Assembly: GCA_009859145.1 (NCBI GenBank)
Contig: VRVR01000012.1
Span: forward strand, 248,001-312,000
From: Andalucia godoyi And28
Lineage: Eukaryota > Protista > Jakobida
Direction of reading: 5' to 3'
Length of the DNA stretch: 64,000 bases
The notes below the pieces were generated by a model, which did no database searches, was not told the DNA's origin, and saw only the letters and a program-made list of their open reading frames with translations. Positions 42,895 through 52,036 of the stretch are shown here, piece after piece. Position 1 is the stretch's first letter. The number at the start of each line of letters is the position of its first letter. The position numbers and the translations under genes are program-made.

Positions 42895-45640
42895 GAAATT
42901 GTCTCTCATCACGATCCCTTTTTTCAAATAACAACCATGATGCACTCGTATTACAGCAGCGCAGATGAGAGGATGAGATGTATCCAAAGGGGAAGTCGAG
43001 TGGACACACAAAACGTCTAAATAGTGGTCAACTCGTACCAGGAGACGTAACAATCATTCTTCTCGCTGAATTTCTTTCTCAAGTCCAGATGGACACGCGA
43101 CAGCGTCCAGCTGAACGGCGGGTGTCTGATTCACCTCGGTATGTCCCAGATGGCGATGTCCTCCGGCTATTCCAGCACCGAGGATACAAAAACCAAAATC
43201 GCATGCAAAAGAATGCCCACTGGAAGCGCGTAGTCAATCAGTCCTCTCGGAACGCAGAACCAAAAAGAAAACACTAACGAAAGCAGAACAGCTGAGGAGA
43301 AGCAAAAAAAACGAGAGGAAAAAAACAGAAGCAAGAAAAAACCTTTAAAAACGGATAAACAACCAAGGCAGATGCACTGAATCAGAAACGAGCGAAAGTA
43401 CAGTCAAATACATCCAAAGATACTGAGAAATGAAGATCGACGAACCTGTCAAAACGTCTCCAGATAGAGAGGAGATAATGCCACTGTGCGCTTTCAGGAA
43501 GAAAAATTCGTCTTCAGAAAATCTTCCAGTCGCATCATCACACAGAATGTGCAAAAGAATCTTTCAGATGGAAAATGAGAAATCGACACCGCACACCCAG
43601 AAAAGAAAATGAATAATTCACGAAAGCGGAACACAAACGTTGTACAGTTGGGCATACTGAAAAAAGTCGCAAGATTATCAACACCATAACTGCAACGAGA
43701 TAAGCTCAGCAGCGAAAAGTCGCAAAATTCATGCCGTGACGAAAGAAAACGTTTAATGATATTGAAATTTCGGCATCTTGAGTGTTCTAAACGACTATAA
43801 GAAGCCAGTTTCCAAAACAAATGCAGAATGGTATCACTAATCTGCATCCGGTTCCTCTCTTCGGGCAAGTGTATGCACAAAAAGCCAGATACGCCGAACA
43901 ACTATTCGATTTCCCCGTTTTGTGCACTTGCCTTTTAAAACAGGAAAAAAAAGCGATCCACTGCCGATCCGGATGGTGGAACTGCAGCATGCACATCATC
44001 AGGGTTGGCTATGGGATCCGAGCCTTGTGATCACTGACATTTCCTTGGTTCGGGGAAAACGAAGATGGTTCACAAGGCACGAACACATTCCAGGGAAATA
44101 CATCATCTGGGATCGCATGCATGTGCACTCAATGTGAAAGCGTTTATGCAGTGGCATTTGACTGATGGCCGGCTAATGGTCAAGAAGATCGCACTGTGTT
44201 TCGCAGAAAAGTAATTCTGGATTGTTGGCTGTTTGGTTGCCGGCATTACCGCTGTTCGTGCACAGGGTGTTGTGGAGTTTCAACGAGGATCTATGGATAT
44301 TCGCTTGTTTTCCTGATGCGGAAAAGGTGTGGCAGATGTAAAAGCTTCACGTTTTCTCATTCCGAACCTCCAACTGTTTTAGGATAAGCTGGACAGTCTC
44401 CTGCGAGAATGCCGAGATGAGATTGCAGCTTCCAGACAAATCAGTTCCTCTCTATGTGAGCTTCGTCATTCACTCACCGTACAACAAGCGTCATCGCTCA
44501 ATGCATCCAGTTGTGCGAACTTGTTTGATGCTACCCCTTCAATGCAGCGCATTTGATATGATGCGACCGATTGGCACTCGCCAGCTGACTGCTGTCTTCT
44601 TGCCTTCTTGCGGATTTCTGTGACTGGTTAGTCGACCTTCTTTCGCAGTTGCTTTTTGTGCTGCAACTGACTTCCTCTGCGCAAGCGGCTTATTTCCGCA
44701 TTGCACTTTAGCACGTTGTTAAGTAACAGTGTTTCAGCGGACTGCTGTCATCAGCAGAAGAGTACGATATCACAGTGATTCCTTCTTGACACGTAATGTG
44801 TGACGTACGTACTTTGAGACGAGCGGAATCCCGTACTGCATGATATTGTATGAAGTTACAGAGGAACAGTACTTCGACTTCAAATTAAAGGAGTTGTGTG
44901 TTTATTTGTTTATTTGTTCAATTGTCTGTTTTGTTTTTTCTCTGTAATACATCTCAACGACAGAAACCATCCTTTTTTATCCCTGGCTGTGTTTTTTTAA
45001 TTTATATGTTACAATATCTTTCGCTTGTTTCGGAAATTTGGATTCTGCTGTTTTATGTGGACTGCAAACCGCAGCACCACTGGGTCGTTGCACCTGCTGA
45101 AGCACGAAGGCTGTTGTTTTTTTAACCAGCGGGACTCACTGACGAGAAAGGTGGTTTCTGTTGGTATCTCGCGAGGTTCTTTTTGACGTGCTTTTGGTCT
45201 TTCGATGTTGCCAGAACTTGCTTTATCTCATTTATTTGAGTGCACAATCGTCTTCCAAATCCCTCTCCCCGAATGCGGGATTGCTTTTATTTTGTCTTCC
45301 TGGCTGCAGTGCTTCTCCAAGGCAACTCGAGCATGATGATCGTGGAACGCAGGGTCGCAGAGTTTTGCCTGTGCGCCAAACAAAGCCTCTTAAAGCTCTT
45401 TTTGCCTTCGTCCTCATGGATGGATCCGGTTCTCTTGCAAACCTCGCAGTACGCAGTAACCTCTCTTGGATTTTTTTTGTTAGCCAAACAGCTGCACTCT
45501 GTCCAGTGGAGCCTTTGCCGACTCATCGATCAGAAATTGCTTTTTCTTTTCTTCTAGGCGCAGTCGTAGACTACTGGTTTTGTTGGTCTTTTTGGGTGTT
45601 ATGCATGTTACTGAGTTGTTGACAGTGCTGCTGTCATGAC

Positions 45641-45713
45641 GGGCGTATAGTTCAGTTGGTAGAATATATCCTTCGCAAGGATGAGGTCCCGGGTTCGATT
45701 CCCGGTGCGTCCA
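45641..45713 (+). tRNA. tRNA-Ala (CGC)
   Basis: Cloverleaf, anticodon CGC, G3:U70 alanine identity pair, discriminator A, T-run terminator downstream. Confidence 0.95.
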
Positions 45714-45893
45714 AATTTTTTTTGCATTTTTTCCCCTCGCAAGATTCCCGTCCTTCTGCACATTTGAAACTGGTCTTTGTGTTCATCAACTTTCGTTTTT
45801 CTGATCAAATAGGATTGCGCATGTCTGTGATCAGCCATTTGATCCTTTGCCTATTTCTGTATCGGAGTGAATTATATGTTGTGAATTCTTGAG

Positions 45894-47150
45894 ATGTCTT
45901 TTCAGAAAGTATGCAAAGTTTCAAAGCTCAAAATCGGAGCTATGAAAGCATTCGAGATTGTCGGGTCTGCTGGCAAAGCCATAGAAGTTTTACTGCATCG
46001 CCAATCCGAACACGTCTTTCTAGCGGTTAGTAACTGGTGTCCACACAAGCAGGCGTCTCTCGCAAAAGGGGACATTGAAGATATCCCAGATTTTGGCCTC
46101 TGTGTAAAGTGTCCGAAGCACAGGAAGAAATTCTCTGGCGGCCTGTGTTTTCGATTGTCCGATGGTGCTTCGTATGTTGCCGCACCGTGCGAATTGTATC
46201 GAGACACATATGCCATTCCCACCTTTTCTGTTCGATTACAGAACGAACATGTGTGGGTTTCACCGAATCCTGCCGCGCCACCTCTTAAAGTTGCCAATTC
46301 TTCATCCGACCCATCTGTGCCTCTAGAGGGCTTGCCGACTTCTCCGCTTACCAGCGACCCCGAGTCGTTTATAGAATCTTCCGTACATTTGCTGAGGAGG
46401 GTAAATCATAATACAGTTGCCATTTCTGTGACTGTTCCCACGGATTATATTTCCAGTGGTCTGTGCGCCGCACTGCACGCTGAGCCGCCCGCTTGGCATG
46501 TTTCTGTCCGTCTGCCAGAGTTTCCACACATTGTCAGGGATTACACGCCCACCTCGACGTGGAAGCAATGTTTGTCCGACAGAACTATTGATTTGCTTAT
46601 CAAGAAGTATCAAGAAGGCGAATTTACATCTGTGTTGGAGAGGCATGCGAAGGAGGGTACCACACTTCTCGTTTCTCCTCCGCAAGTCACGGTTCATACC
46701 CTTTTGCAGCGGAAGCTTCTACTCCTTGGCGGCGGAACTGGAATTGTTCCGTTGTATCAAATTGTGAGGAGGGTTCTCTCAGACGACAATTTCCAAGACC
46801 ATGCGGTATCAGTCATTGTTTCCCAACGGACTCGAGAAGATCTTCTTTTGTGGGATGAGCTGCTCGATCTACAACAAAAACATTCCGGCAGATTGCGAAT
46901 ATTTGCGTGCTTGTCCGACACCACCAGAAATTCATCTTCGGATGAGCTGCTTCAGAACGGAGTGTCATTCCATTCCGGACGGATTTCGTCGCAATTAATC
47001 TCATGGAGCATGGAATTTTTGGACGTCTCTCAGGATGACGGTGCGCAGGCAGTGAAATGCGTCATTTGCGGTCCAAGTGGGTTTTTGGATCATGCGGAAT
47101 CCCTCGTGTCCGCAGTGGGAATCAGCGATCCTCTGATTCTTGATGCATAA
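45894..47150 (+). CDS. Rieske [2Fe-2S] domain fused to FAD/NAD(P)H cytochrome-b5-reductase-like (FNR) module
   Basis: CPH...GDIEDI...CPKH Rieske ligands; RDYTP (RxYT/S FAD motif), GEFTSVL, GGGTGIVP, CGPSGF. Confidence 0.85.
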   Translation: MSFQKVCKVSKLKIGAMKAFEIVGSAGKAIEVLLHRQSEHVFLAVSNWCPHKQASLAKGDIEDIPDFGLCVKCPKHRKKFSGGLCFRLSDGASYVAAPCELYRDTYAIPTFSVRLQNEHVWVSPNPAAPPLKVANSSSDPSVPLEGLPTSPLTSDPESFIESSVHLLRRVNHNTVAISVTVPTDYISSGLCAALHAEPPAWHVSVRLPEFPHIVRDYTPTSTWKQCLSDRTIDLLIKKYQEGEFTSVLERHAKEGTTLLVSPPQVTVHTLLQRKLLLLGGGTGIVPLYQIVRRVLSDDNFQDHAVSVIVSQRTREDLLLWDELLDLQQKHSGRLRIFACLSDTTRNSSSDELLQNGVSFHSGRISSQLISWSMEFLDVSQDDGAQAVKCVICGPSGFLDHAESLVSAVGISDPLILDA

Positions 47151-47158
47151 CGCCTTTT

Positions 47159-47198
47159 GAATGAAGAAATTCTGGACTTAACGACGGCAAGAACATCG
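47159..47198 (+). repeat. Dispersed repeat family 2, 40-nt terminal fragment (copy C)
   Basis: gaatgaagaaattctggacttaacgacggcaagaacatcg has 4 mismatches in 40 nt versus copy A. Confidence 0.75.
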
Positions 47199-47488
47199 CG
47201 TCCGCCTGGAGTTAGGTAAACAAACTTCCGGCATGATGTTGTTTGATGTCCAATACACAAAAGGCTATTCGTTCGAAATTTCCGCTGTACAGGCTTTTCT
47301 TCCGCGCATTTGCACCCAACTATGCATGAGAGAACCCGTGCCCGACAACCCGCCTGTGTTCCTTCGTTTCCCCCCCCGTCTTTCTTGTTTCTTTTCTCTC
47401 TTGTGCCTTCACTCTTTTTTTTATATTAAAGCTGCGGCCAACTGTCGTTTCCACCTAAACATCCGTCTGAGCATTATTATTTTTCACA

Positions 47489-48376
47489 ATGACCGCTGTT
47501 CCTCAAAAGAAGAAGGTTACGTGGTCCAACATGGGAGTTGGTGCAGTAATGCAAGTGTTCGAGGTTGCGACTCTTGGCCAACCCTTTGAAGTTCTCAAAA
47601 CGCATTTGGCAGCCAACCGCGGAGACTCTCTTGCTCAGGCGTTCTCGAAATCGTGGAACCGTGGAGGAATCTTCGGTTTCTATCAAGGACTCTTTCCGTG
47701 GGCAATGATCGAAGCATCCACCAAGGGAGCAGTTTTGATGTTTGCGCAAGCCGAGATGGAATGGTGGGCTCGCCGTGCCGGTGCTTCTTCAGCCTGGGCG
47801 TCTGCAATTGGTGGAATGGGAGGTGGAGTTGTACAAGCGTATTCAACTATGGGCTTCTGCACGTTCATGAAGACTGTGGAAGTCACCCGTCATAAAGGAG
47901 GCGCAGATGGCCACAAGACGACGTTCCAAGTCGCGCGCGAAGTTATTGCCCGTGATGGACTTCTCGCAATGAATCGTGGTGTGACTGCTGTTGCAGTTCG
48001 CCAGATGACGAATTGGGGATCTCGTTTTGGAATTTCAAAGGCAGTCGAATCAATGTTCAAGGGAAAGGACTCGAAGAGGGAATTGTCGGCAGTAGAGAGA
48101 CTCTCGGCATCCGTGGTTGGTGGAACACTCTCTTGCTGGAACCAGCCCATTGAAGTTATCCGGGTTGAAATGCAGAGCGCGTCAAAAGGTACCGAAGCCA
48201 GAAAGTTGAACATCATGTCCGCCGCAAAGGTGATCTACCAGGATAAGGGCTTCCTGGGTTTCTACCGCGGAATCACTCCCCGTGTGTGTTTGGGAGTGTG
48301 GCAGACGGTGTGCATGGTTTTTGCTGCAGATACAATCAAGGAACTGCTTGGAGCTCGCGGAGCCGCCGGTCATTAG
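47489..48376 (+). CDS. YHM2: Mitochondrial carrier, Yhm2-like (citrate/2-oxoglutarate)
   Basis: TLGQPFEVLKTHLAANR, GFYQGLFPWAMIEASTKGAVL, AVRQMTNWGSRFG, WNQPIEVIRVEMQS. Confidence 0.85.
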   Translation: MTAVPQKKKVTWSNMGVGAVMQVFEVATLGQPFEVLKTHLAANRGDSLAQAFSKSWNRGGIFGFYQGLFPWAMIEASTKGAVLMFAQAEMEWWARRAGASSAWASAIGGMGGGVVQAYSTMGFCTFMKTVEVTRHKGGADGHKTTFQVAREVIARDGLLAMNRGVTAVAVRQMTNWGSRFGISKAVESMFKGKDSKRELSAVERLSASVVGGTLSCWNQPIEVIRVEMQSASKGTEARKLNIMSAAKVIYQDKGFLGFYRGITPRVCLGVWQTVCMVFAADTIKELLGARGAAGH

Positions 48377-48387
48377 TGTTATCTCCT

Positions 48388-48432
48388 TCACTCACACACA
48401 CACACACACACACACACTCTCTCTCTCTCTCT
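48388..48432 (+). repeat. Compound (CA)n(CT)n microsatellite
   Basis: cactcacacacacacacacacacacacactctctctctctctctc. Confidence 0.9.
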
Positions 48433-48729
48433 CCTTTCCATTCATTGTCGAATCTCGAAAGCCGAAACAGAAATTAGAAGTAAGAACGATGCCTCTCTAT
48501 TTTAAGTAAATCCCTTCTCATTTCGCTCGTATGTTCTGTCGATAATCCTTTTTCTTTTGCGAATCCCTGTCGGCGAGGCATCGTCGCGCTTGAGAACCGA
48601 TTGCAGTCTGCAACGTGCAGACCTCAAACCTTCCATCCGCTCGCCAAAGCACGAATCATTATTGGTCATCGGTTAAGCTGTCACCGATGACAGGATCTCC
48701 AGCCACATGTTTTTTAAATTATTAAATCG

Positions 48730-49000
48730 GGGGCGAGCACCAACTCCTCAATGCAGAGTGCTCTGCGTCAGAGGGTCATCGTTTCTTCTTGCTCTCCGCC
48801 TCCGACGAGAGGGGATCAACGGATCTCTTGGTTCTCAGTGTTTGTTGGGAAGATCCCTCTTTGGAGCCATGAGATGTTTTGTCTCTGATGAAAGGTGCTG
48901 CTCGGGGGCTCGAATAAACATGTAAAAAAACAGAGAGGAAATAGAAAGAAAAGGTGAAGAATGAGAGAAATTCTGGACTTGACTACGGTAGGAAAATCGT
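48730..49000 (+). repeat. Dispersed repeat family 2, copy B
   Basis: Collinear with 23290-22983; carries an internal ~23-nt deletion; ends ACTACG|GTAGGAAAATCGT. Confidence 0.85.
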
Positions 49001-49180
49001 CAGAGCTTCCAAAAAACCTGAAAAAACCCCGCTTTCCCTCCGATTTTCAAATTCGTGGGGCACTGCTTATTGTAAAATTATATTTTTTTTTGAGCGTTTT
49101 TTTTTGTTGCTGCACCATGGATGATTTGATTTTTATTGTTTCTAGCCCCAGCCTCTTCCGATCCAAGACGTAGCCTTTCG

Positions 49181-50782
49181 ATGAATACTCCACCAAGAAC
49201 ACCATCCTATGATGATCGCTTCATGGGCCGCATTGACAACGCGTCCTTTCATGCCCCCTTGAGTCCACAGTCTTTGTATGTTCGACCTTCTCCCACTACC
49301 CCAACAACTCCTGCTACCCCGACTGCTCGGGTTTCGCAGCAACCGACAGTCCCAGGTGCAAACAATGAAAATGATCATTACGAAGCATTGCTGAGGACTA
49401 CTGTGTTGAATGCTGCAGACGGTGTATTTTCTTATACCCCGGCTAATCTGGTGGCCTCGCCGTTCCGTGAGCGCTCCTCTGGCGGAGACGCCAGTTCGTC
49501 GTCGCGACTTCTAGCTAGACCATCGCAATTATCTCCTTCTCGTCGCATACCAACGCATCCTGCTAAAGTTTTGGATGCCCCGGCGCTCGCGGATGATTTT
49601 TATCTGTCCCTGATTGACTGGGGCGCAACAAACGTTCTTGCGGTTGGGCTCAATAGCGAAGTTTACCTATGGAATGCTTCGAATGCCAAGGTTACCAAAC
49701 TGTTTAAGGATTCTCAGCCGGTATGTTCCGTAGTGTGGTCACCTTGCGGAAACTACCTTGCGTTTTCTGACAATGATGGACACGTGTCCATTGTCGATGT
49801 TGCCACGCAATCGCGAGTTCACAAATTTAAAGAGCATTCTGGCCGTGTCGGGTGCATGTCCTGGCATGGTACTGTCCTGGCTACTGGCTCAAGAGATTGC
49901 ACTGTCAAAGTAGTGGATACCAGAATGCGGCAGTTGGTTCGCTCGTGGGCTAATCATCAGCAAGAAGTATGTGGCCTTGCTTGGTCCCACTGTGGACGAT
50001 ATCTTGCATGCGGTGGTAATGATAACAAGTTGATGGTCTGGGCTGCAAATCATGATTCCACAACCCCGCTCCACCTCTTTACAGACCACACGTCTGCTGT
50101 TCGTGGCCTGGCATGGTCTCCTCATTCGCACGGCCTTTTAGCCTCAGGCGGCGGATCGCAAGACAGATGCATCCGGATTTGGAACGTGAAGCATGCATCA
50201 TCTTCGTCATTGCAAGGACACGTTGACACGGGTTCTCAAGTGTGCGCATTGGCTTGGGCTCATAATGTCGACGAAATTGTGTCGACGCATGGATTTTCGC
50301 AGTATTCCGTCAATCTGTGGAAAGTGAATTCATCACCGTTCGGTTCTGCAAACGCTTCCTCTTTTGGCACCATTTCAATGCCAGTAGGATCTCCTGTACG
50401 TTCCCCACTGAATCAGTCTCCGTCAGGCTCGCCTTCTCATTGGCCCGTTCGGCCCCAGCCCATCTCCGTTCCAGAAAGCCGTGCGTTCACTGCATCGTTG
50501 GATTCTTCCTCTCGGTCTTTGCAATCGCAGGAAATACTGACTCCGATCGCAAGCATTTTTGGTCATACTACCCGTGTTCTGTATTTGACAATGTCTCCAG
50601 ACGGCGAAACAATTTGCACTGGCGCTGGTGACGAAACTCTCCGGTTCTGGAATGTATTCCCTCCGAAAAAGAAGGCCCACCCAGCATCTCCGTATGCAAA
50701 GCTGTATTCTCCACTCTCTTCAGGCGGACCCTACGGTAGCCCCCGGTCGCCGTTGTGGATGCCTTCAACGGAGTTTCGCTGA
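49181..50782 (+). CDS. Cdc20/Fizzy-family APC/C activator, Cdh1(FZR)-like WD40
   Basis: KVLDAPALADDFYLSLIDWG, GGNDNKL, LLASGGGSQDRCIRIWN, DTGSQVC, GHTTRVLYLTMSPDGETICTGAGDETLRFWNVF. Confidence 0.9.
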   Translation: MNTPPRTPSYDDRFMGRIDNASFHAPLSPQSLYVRPSPTTPTTPATPTARVSQQPTVPGANNENDHYEALLRTTVLNAADGVFSYTPANLVASPFRERSSGGDASSSSRLLARPSQLSPSRRIPTHPAKVLDAPALADDFYLSLIDWGATNVLAVGLNSEVYLWNASNAKVTKLFKDSQPVCSVVWSPCGNYLAFSDNDGHVSIVDVATQSRVHKFKEHSGRVGCMSWHGTVLATGSRDCTVKVVDTRMRQLVRSWANHQQEVCGLAWSHCGRYLACGGNDNKLMVWAANHDSTTPLHLFTDHTSAVRGLAWSPHSHGLLASGGGSQDRCIRIWNVKHASSSSLQGHVDTGSQVCALAWAHNVDEIVSTHGFSQYSVNLWKVNSSPFGSANASSFGTISMPVGSPVRSPLNQSPSGSPSHWPVRPQPISVPESRAFTASLDSSSRSLQSQEILTPIASIFGHTTRVLYLTMSPDGETICTGAGDETLRFWNVFPPKKKAHPASPYAKLYSPLSSGGPYGSPRSPLWMPSTEFR

Positions 50783-50939
50783 CCACTGTACTGTATTAGT
50801 TTCCCAGTCCGTTATCTGGACTTTTCTAGTCCTCTTCCAGTGACAGTCAACATCCACGACCAGAAAACATCATCAAGAAAAAATTTCTTCCGTTGATGGT
50901 GAGAATGCAATCTTTTTAACGCACAATTCGAGCTTCTCC

Positions 50940-51893
50940 ATGTCGTCGTTTGGTGTGGAACTGTTGTTTGGCGCTGTTATCCACTTCGCAGGATACCACT
51001 GCGGCCTTCGTGTCGTCCTTCAAAGTCAGGAAAAATACTACAATATCGCTGAAGTCCGTGTCAGGTACATCGTCAAGGAAATTTTGACCAGATCTCCCCT
51101 ACTGGAGAAGGGCAAATGCCGTACGTTTATTCATCTCGATCACAAGCAATGTCCCTGGTCTGCCGAAGCTGCCGCGTCCTTGGCGCAGCCGTTGGTCGTT
51201 TGCCGTGGAACTCGAACTGAGCTTCCTGTAAACGTTTGGATCCCTTCATTTGTCCCGTCTTCGACTGGGAACGTTTCTGCGTTGTCATCCGGATTTGCGA
51301 AACACTCAGATGTTCTGTTCATTGACCATGCCATCATTGTTACCGTCATTGGATCTGACGGCCAATGCCAAAGTGTTTCTCGCAGACTCGCGGTTGTTGG
51401 ACGATTACCAAATCCTCGGACTTTAACCCTCCCTCTCAAGGACAATCAAATCAAGCGGGACTTTCTGAATGGATTGGTCAACGTGGAGGTGGCAGTCGAT
51501 AAGTTTGTTCACTCCAGTACAGAGCCCGTCTTCGTTTGCCTCTCCGTCAGGAACGAGAGTGCGAAAACGATATCCAAAATTCGATGTGCGTTTGAAAAAC
51601 AGATATTTGAAATTGGGTCTTCCGAGCCCCTCTTCGAAAAACGCTTGAAACACACCGTTCAATCCTTTAAATCCGCTGATTTTTCGATCGTTCCTAATAG
51701 CTGTAGGACTATTACGTTTCCCGTTGTGCCTTGGATTGGCATGGAAACGATTCTCGGAAAGCTTGCGATCGTTTGCTGGGTCCTCCGCATAACTCTTGTC
51801 GTCCGCTGCGGTTCCGATTTGAAGATTCGCGTACCGCTTTTGTTTTCTGCAGATCAGCAGCGACCGCAATTTGATGGGAAGTCTGAAGAATAA
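50940..51893 (+). CDS. Arrestin-fold protein
   Basis: PVNVWIPSFVPSST, VFVCLSVRNESAKTISKIRCAF, CWVLRITLVVRCGSDLKIRVPL: arrestin N/C-domain pattern. Confidence 0.7.
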   Translation: MSSFGVELLFGAVIHFAGYHCGLRVVLQSQEKYYNIAEVRVRYIVKEILTRSPLLEKGKCRTFIHLDHKQCPWSAEAAASLAQPLVVCRGTRTELPVNVWIPSFVPSSTGNVSALSSGFAKHSDVLFIDHAIIVTVIGSDGQCQSVSRRLAVVGRLPNPRTLTLPLKDNQIKRDFLNGLVNVEVAVDKFVHSSTEPVFVCLSVRNESAKTISKIRCAFEKQIFEIGSSEPLFEKRLKHTVQSFKSADFSIVPNSCRTITFPVVPWIGMETILGKLAIVCWVLRITLVVRCGSDLKIRVPLLFSADQQRPQFDGKSEE

Positions 51894-52036
51894 TGAAGAG
51901 GGGGGAAAAACAAAACAAAACAAAACAAAACACAAAAAATCCAGGGAAAAAGGAAAAAAAAAAGGCAGACAAAACAAAGTCTCATAAATGTCTGATTTTC
52001 ATTGTAGTGTATCTGTTTTCGTTTCCATGACAAAAT

